64,000 nucleotides of DNA, from contig NW_026782432.1 in assembly GCF_031769215.1 (NCBI RefSeq), positions 186,001 to 250,000 of the forward strand, given 5' to 3'. Positions 62,095 to 64,000 of the stretch are shown here, piece by piece. Below the pieces are notes generated by a model. It was not told where the DNA came from. It ran no database searches and saw only the letters and a program-made list of their open reading frames with translations. The stretch's first letter is position 1, and every line of letters begins with the position of its first letter. The translations under genes and the position numbers were made by a program. Source of the DNA: Ylistrum balloti (Eukaryota).

Positions 62095-63232
62095 AAGTTC
62101 CTATAACACAACTAGTAGAAGATTAAAGTGTGACGTTTCGATGACTACACGGTCACCTTCATCTTATAACACAACCAGTAGAAGATTCGTGTGTGACGTT
62201 TCGATGATTACACGGTCACCTTCATCTTATAACACAACCAGTAGAAGATTAAAGTGTGACGTTTCGATGACTACACGGTCACCTTCATCTTATAACACAA
62301 CCAGTAGAAGATTCGTGTGTGACGTTTCGATGACTACACGGTCACCTTCATCTTATAACACAACCAGTAGGAGATTAGAGTGTGACGTTTTGATGACTAC
62401 GCGGTCACCTTCATCTTATCACACAGCCAGTAGAAGATTAGAGTGTGACGTTTCGATGACTACACGGTCACCGTCATCTTATAACACAACCAGTAGAAGA
62501 TTAGAGTGTGACGTTTCGATGACTACACGGTCACCTTCATCTTATAACACAACCAGTATAAGATTAGAGTGTGACGTTTCGATGACTACACGGTCACCGT
62601 CATCTTATAACACAACCAGTAGAAGATTAGAGTGTGACGTTTTGATGACTACACGGTCACCTTCATCTTATAACACAACCAGTAGAAGATTAGAGTGTGA
62701 CGTTCCGATGACTACACGGCCACCTTCATCTTATAACACAACCAGTAGAAGATAAGAGTGTGACGTTTCGATGATTACACGGTCACCGTCATCTTATAAC
62801 ACAACCAGTAGAAGATTAGAGTGTGACGTTTCGATGACTATACGGTCACCTTCATCTCATGACACAACCAGTAGAAGATTAGAGTGTGACGTTCCGATGA
62901 CTACACGGCCACCTTCATCTTATAACACCACCAGTAGAAGATTAGAGTGTGACGTTTCGATGACTATACGGTCACCTTCATCTCATGACACAACCAGTAG
63001 AAGATTAGAGTGTGACGTTCCGATGACTACACGGCCACCTTCATCTTATAACACCACCAGTAGAAGGTTAGAGTGTGACGTTTCGATGACTACACGGTCA
63101 CATTCATCTTATAACACACCAGTAGAAGATTCGAGTGTGACGTTTCGATGACTTCACGGTCACCTTCATCTCATGACACAACCAGTTGAAGATTCGAGTG
63201 TGACGTTTCGATGACTACACGGGCACCTTCAT
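62095..63232. repeat. 63-bp minisatellite, array B, about 18 copies
   Basis: Same unit and orientation as 46502-47562. Confidence 0.96.
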
Positions 63233-64000
63233 TAGATAAATGACCAGTGTGGAGCGTACTAGCACACACAGGTCAGTTATCCGATGAAAGTGACCATGTA
63301 ATTTCCACTCCAATTTTCTACTGGTAGTGTTTTAGGAACCTCTGTTCTACAGGTGTGAAAGTTTGTTTTTTTTTTTTATAAAAATCATTTCCAAGAACAT
63401 TTTTGTAGATTATTAATGTAGAAAATGTAAACAGAGTTGTCAACGGGAATCTTCATGTCCATACCTTGTGTTAAACTCGGCAAGGTATGAAAGCACTACC
63501 GCTATCAAATGACCACCACGCCCTAAAATATTTATAAATGTGTTTAGTCATCTCTGAAATCCAATGTAATAAAAGCGTGGCTAGATAATATCAGACTAAA
63601 GGACATTCATCGGGAATCACATTTCAAAAACAATACAACATGTTACACACGGAGCGTGTAATGTGTGGAAACAAACACATGTCGCAAATATGACCGGATT
63701 ACAAAATTTGCATTTGAACTAAAGAACAGGAAGTACGATGCGTCGTCTAAAAGCAATATTGAATATAAAATAGGGCGTTAACTGAAATGTTGTTTATAAC
63801 ATTAAGTCATCATATTTGAATATTTATAGATATTGTAGTAAATACATATGGTTTGTTTACACGAAACATTAACGTTCCTAACGTAAACGTTGGTGGAGAA
63901 TGGCTTGATTGTTTGTAGCAGCTGATGGTTATATCACTGAATAGCATGCGGGATGTCCGCCGCATGTTATCCAGAATAATTAGGCTTGCCGAATGGTGAT

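Noticed and set aside
62087-63151. Ser/Thr-rich mucin-like ORFs (also 46740-47539)
   Set aside because: Open only because the 63-bp unit is a multiple of 3; interrupted by stops; no signal peptide or flanking exons seen.

Overview
AT-rich animal (eukaryotic) genomic DNA; the repeat and transposon repertoire suggests a mollusc, probably a bivalve (inference). The window holds a cluster of four intact poly-C2H2 zinc-finger ORFs, each a single coding block (ZF1 5525-6982 -, ZF2 16910-18400 +, ZF3 30023-31051 -, ZF4 37546-39378 -), plus an eroded fifth copy (about 14950-15720 -) that is missing from the ORF track. None shows a KRAB, ZAD, BTB or SET domain. About 20 different tandem arrays make up roughly a quarter of the window (hand estimate). 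One 22-bp minisatellite is split into three blocks by an intron-containing hAT transposase relic and a near full-length CR1 LINE. There are also SINEs, a MITE, a solo LTR, HINE-like repeats and a LINE 3' fragment. The most unusual signal is that tandem arrays coincide with functional landmarks of the ZF genes. Upstream of ZF4 a 24-bp array consists of about 44 consensus 5' splice donors. A 37-bp array contains the ZF4 stop codon. An 81-bp coding repeat of broken fingers supplies the ZF4 start codon. A 33-bp coding array forms the acidic tail of ZF1. Coordinates were read by eye and no database search was run.
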